Shown piece by piece: positions 32,034 to 34,202 of a stretch of DNA of 34,202 nt. The stretch's first letter is position 1. Every line of letters starts with the position of its first letter. Below the pieces are notes generated by a model, which saw nothing but the letters and a program-made list of their open reading frames with translations, did no database searches and was not told the origin of the DNA. Origin of the DNA: a virus. The DNA is taken from IMG/VR virus record IMGVR_UViG_3300031647_000028; one strand, written 5' to 3'. The position numbers and the translations under genes are program-made.

Positions 32034-33222
32034 ACCATTCCCTGTTATCGTTAATTTTTACGCTATTGTAACCGTTTAAGATGCCACTATCGGTCATTCC
32101 TATCGAACTATAAAATGCTTGGTCTTGATACCAATCATCGTTATCTTCTAATTCTACTGACTCACTCAATGTGATACCTGTGTAACTGCTTATATCTACT
32201 GTGTCCACCAGTGCTACTTGTGTCATAACTGTGATGGACTTAATTAGGTTTAATGTTTGCAGCGCATCTGTTGTAGCTTCACCAACTTGTACGTCTTGCT
32301 TGGCTGTTGTAGTCTTAGCAATAACTACTATAGACTTCTTGATAGTCTTCTTAACTTGCTTCTTGACGGTCTTCTTAACCACCTTTTTTACTTGCTTCTT
32401 AACTGACTTTTTTGCTACTACTTTGGTGGCAGGTTTAACTACAGTCTTGGCTTGAACTTTTGGGGCTACTACAGCTACTGTTTTAACCTCAGCCTTAGTC
32501 TCTTCTTTTACTTCGACCACTACTTCAGCAACCTCAACCGTCTCTACTACTTTGACCACTTCCTCGACAACCTCTTCAGCTACCTCCTCAACTATTTCCA
32601 TCAAAGGTTCTAGCTGTATCTCTTCAACCTTCATTACTTCACCACCATTATCAATAATATCGTTAATGATTTCCTCAAGAATCTCATCAGCAACCTTATC
32701 GTGATAGTCTATAGATAGTGTAGGGTTCGTTAATCTAATATCATCAGTACCACCTCTATCAGATATACCACCGATAGTGAATGATATAAACTCAACATCA
32801 GGTAGTATTAGAGGGTTACTGTATATACCTGAGATAGTTACATAGTTATTACCTGCAGCACCAACGTCATAAGAGCCTACTTCTGAATCTAGTGAGTTAC
32901 TATTAGCATCATACAAAACCACACCTGCGTAGATAGTAGCATCAACAACAGACATATAATCCACAGACCAATTAATACCACTCATAAGTTGGTCTTCACC
33001 CACATAATCAGATACCTTGACCAACTCGTCTGTTTTATTAAGATGGTTAGGACTGCCTGTAAATATAACGGGGTCAGTAGGGCTATGGCTATGAATGTTC
33101 GGGTAGTCATAGATACCATCTAAGAATCCGTCAGTAGGATTAGGGTCTAGGACGTTGCCCGTGTTTAGTGCTTGGCTAGTTCCAATTAGAAGTAGAAGGT
33201 TTAAAGCTAGTAACTTTTTCAA
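32008..33222 (-). CDS. Exported 404-aa protein with an acidic EV-rich block and a basic VKKx-repeat block
   Basis: N-terminal signal-like MKKLLALNLLLLIGTSQA. aa ~178-247 is E/V-rich. aa ~251-307 is K/V-rich with (VKKx)n repeats. Confidence 0.5.
   Translation of the reverse strand: MKKLLALNLLLLIGTSQALNTGNVLDPNPTDGFLDGIYDYPNIHSHSPTDPVIFTGSPNHLNKTDELVKVSDYVGEDQLMSGINWSVDYMSVVDATIYAGVVLYDANSNSLDSEVGSYDVGAAGNNYVTISGIYSNPLILPDVEFISFTIGGISDRGGTDDIRLTNPTLSIDYHDKVADEILEEIINDIIDNGGEVMKVEEIQLEPLMEIVEEVAEEVVEEVVKVVETVEVAEVVVEVKEETKAEVKTVAVVAPKVQAKTVVKPATKVVAKKSVKKQVKKVVKKTVKKQVKKTIKKSIVVIAKTTTAKQDVQVGEATTDALQTLNLIKSITVMTQVALVDTVDISSYTGITLSESVELEDNDDWYQDQAFYSSIGMTDSGILNGYNSVKINDNREWYGSNNQFY
32302..32472 (-). 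repeat. 12-nt periodic repeat encoding VKKx units
   Basis: KKSVKKQVKKVVKKTVKKQVKKTIKKS. cttcttaac-type units are visible on the plus strand. Confidence 0.7.
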
Positions 33223-33766
33223 CTTTGACTCCCGTGTTTAGTGAACCGTCTTTGTTTAAGTAGCCTGCGTCAATAAGTATTTGCTTATTAGCTACATATT
33301 CTTGAAAGTCAGGTCTCAGCTCAGGGTAAGCGTTCCAATATCCTGCAGCTGCACTACCAATCTTACCTTTAGCAGGACAAGGTGTGCCTGACATAATCAT
33401 AGCTTGGAATACTCTAGGGTCTTGACATAATAAAGCAATAGAGGCTACCTTCATACCACCCTTACGCAATTCACGACTAAGTTTGAGTCTCTCACAGTTA
33501 GCATCAATCACAGTAGTACCAAATGATAATCCAATCACATTTGATTGAACACCACCACTAACACCACTAACACATACATCAGAATTACTTACTGAGATAC
33601 TTGGAGCTTTAGCACCACCTACAGGTTGGTTCTTATGGTCAACCGTAGAGGCGCTTGTGTTGTTTGAAGTAGAATTAACAGTTGAGTTTGATGTAGTAGT
33701 GGTTGTATAGGTGTTGTCAACAGCGTGAGCTGTAGTAACAAGCAATGCTAGTAATAGTGCTTTCAT
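33176..33766 (-). CDS. Exported 196-aa Cys-containing protein
   Basis: Sec-type signal MKALLLALLVTTAHA, a T/S/N-rich linker, and a Cys-containing domain of unknown function. Confidence 0.5.
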   Translation of the reverse strand: MKALLLALLVTTAHAVDNTYTTTTTSNSTVNSTSNNTSASTVDHKNQPVGGAKAPSISVSNSDVCVSGVSGGVQSNVIGLSFGTTVIDANCERLKLSRELRKGGMKVASIALLCQDPRVFQAMIMSGTPCPAKGKIGSAAAGYWNAYPELRPDFQEYVANKQILIDAGYLNKDGSLNTGVKVEKVTSFKPSTSNWN

Positions 33767-34197
33767 TATCTCCCCTTAGCAAGTGATGCACCGAAGTACA
33801 TTTCAACTATTAAGCTAGTCCATCCGAATATCTCATCATACTTAACCAAGCCTCTAACCATCGTATATTCAACAGTATCAGAAGTAATATCAAAACCTAG
33901 AAAGCTAATACCTTCAGTAACGATAGGAATAGCAGTAGGAAGGTCAAATATAATAGGAGCAAGGACATAAACAGTAATCAAGGCAAGCATCACCCAAATG
34001 ATTAATCGTCTGTTTAAGGCAGCCATAGGGCTTTCTTTATTAGCAGCGATACGAGCAGCATCTACAGCTTGTGATCTAGCAGCAAACGCATCTAGCATTT
34101 GTGACTGTTGTTCTGCTTTAGCTTGTTGATTAAGAGCAAACAACTTCATTAAGAAGCCACCTAAGATAGGTGCTATGCTTGTTAATAGACTAATCAC
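33766..34197 (-). CDS. Multi-pass membrane protein, possible holin (3-TM type)
   Basis: 143 aa with a GTG start. A hydrophobic N-terminus is followed by a Q/A-rich helix, then LIIWVMLALITVYVLAPIIF and a C-terminal hydrophobic segment. The architecture recalls GTA-type 3-TM holins (memory only). Confidence 0.35.
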   Translation of the reverse strand: MISLLTSIAPILGGFLMKLFALNQQAKAEQQSQMLDAFAARSQAVDAARIAANKESPMAALNRRLIIWVMLALITVYVLAPIIFDLPTAIPIVTEGISFLGFDITSDTVEYTMVRGLVKYDEIFGWTSLIVEMYFGASLAKGR

Positions 34198-34202
34198 AAG
34201 AC
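34141..34202. repeat. Second copy of the 62-nt window-end overlap
   Basis: Identical to nt 1-62. Confidence 0.9.

Noticed and set aside
21775-32455. Plus-strand or alternative-frame ORFs within the late block: 21775-22041, 22049-22303, 22252-22512, 22484-22732, 23768-24244, 24857-25054, 26144-26326, 26493-27056, 27276-27494, 29201-29485, 29810-30064 and 32201-32455
   Set aside because: All are nested in or antisense to long, operon-consistent minus-strand CDSs, and their translations are low-complexity.

Overview
The window is a complete AT-rich tailed-phage genome. Its first 62 nt are identical to its last 62 nt, giving a unit length of 34,140 bp, so it is circular or circularly permuted. 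Gene order is podovirus-like. One long minus-strand late operon runs 12308->1 and continues 34202->21034. It carries a terS-like gene, TerL, portal, scaffold, major capsid, a tail fibre with a His-x-His-rich tip, an AT-rich sulfotransferase cargo module, a membrane/exported-protein cluster, tail-tube A/B-like proteins, internal virion proteins and an SLT-like protein. A plus-strand early operon (15434-20710) encodes a MarR-like wHTH, small ORFans, an ERF annealase, an 86-aa protein ending in an SSB-type FDDAIPF tip, a weak replisome-organiser candidate, HTH proteins and RusA. An orphan RHH gene follows at 20870-21037. A short leftward early operon (14892-13305) encodes five ORFans. I recognise no integrase, DNA polymerase, helicase, primase, tRNA or CRISPR array. 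The most unusual content is the control DNA at 12.3-15.4 kb. It contains an oriC-like array of same-orientation DnaA boxes with an adjacent C-free A/T tract between divergent sigma70-like promoters. It also contains a 2-kb zone with extreme density of CCWGG and GATC, several iteron arrays directly upstream of terS, and a CGTTACG motif family that recurs at regulatory positions and inside the replication-protein gene. A second candidate system is a translationally coupled three-gene cargo module: sulfotransferase, a 57-aa ORF, and a 309-aa enzyme-like ORF. All functional calls come from by-eye motif recognition and gene context, and no searches were run.
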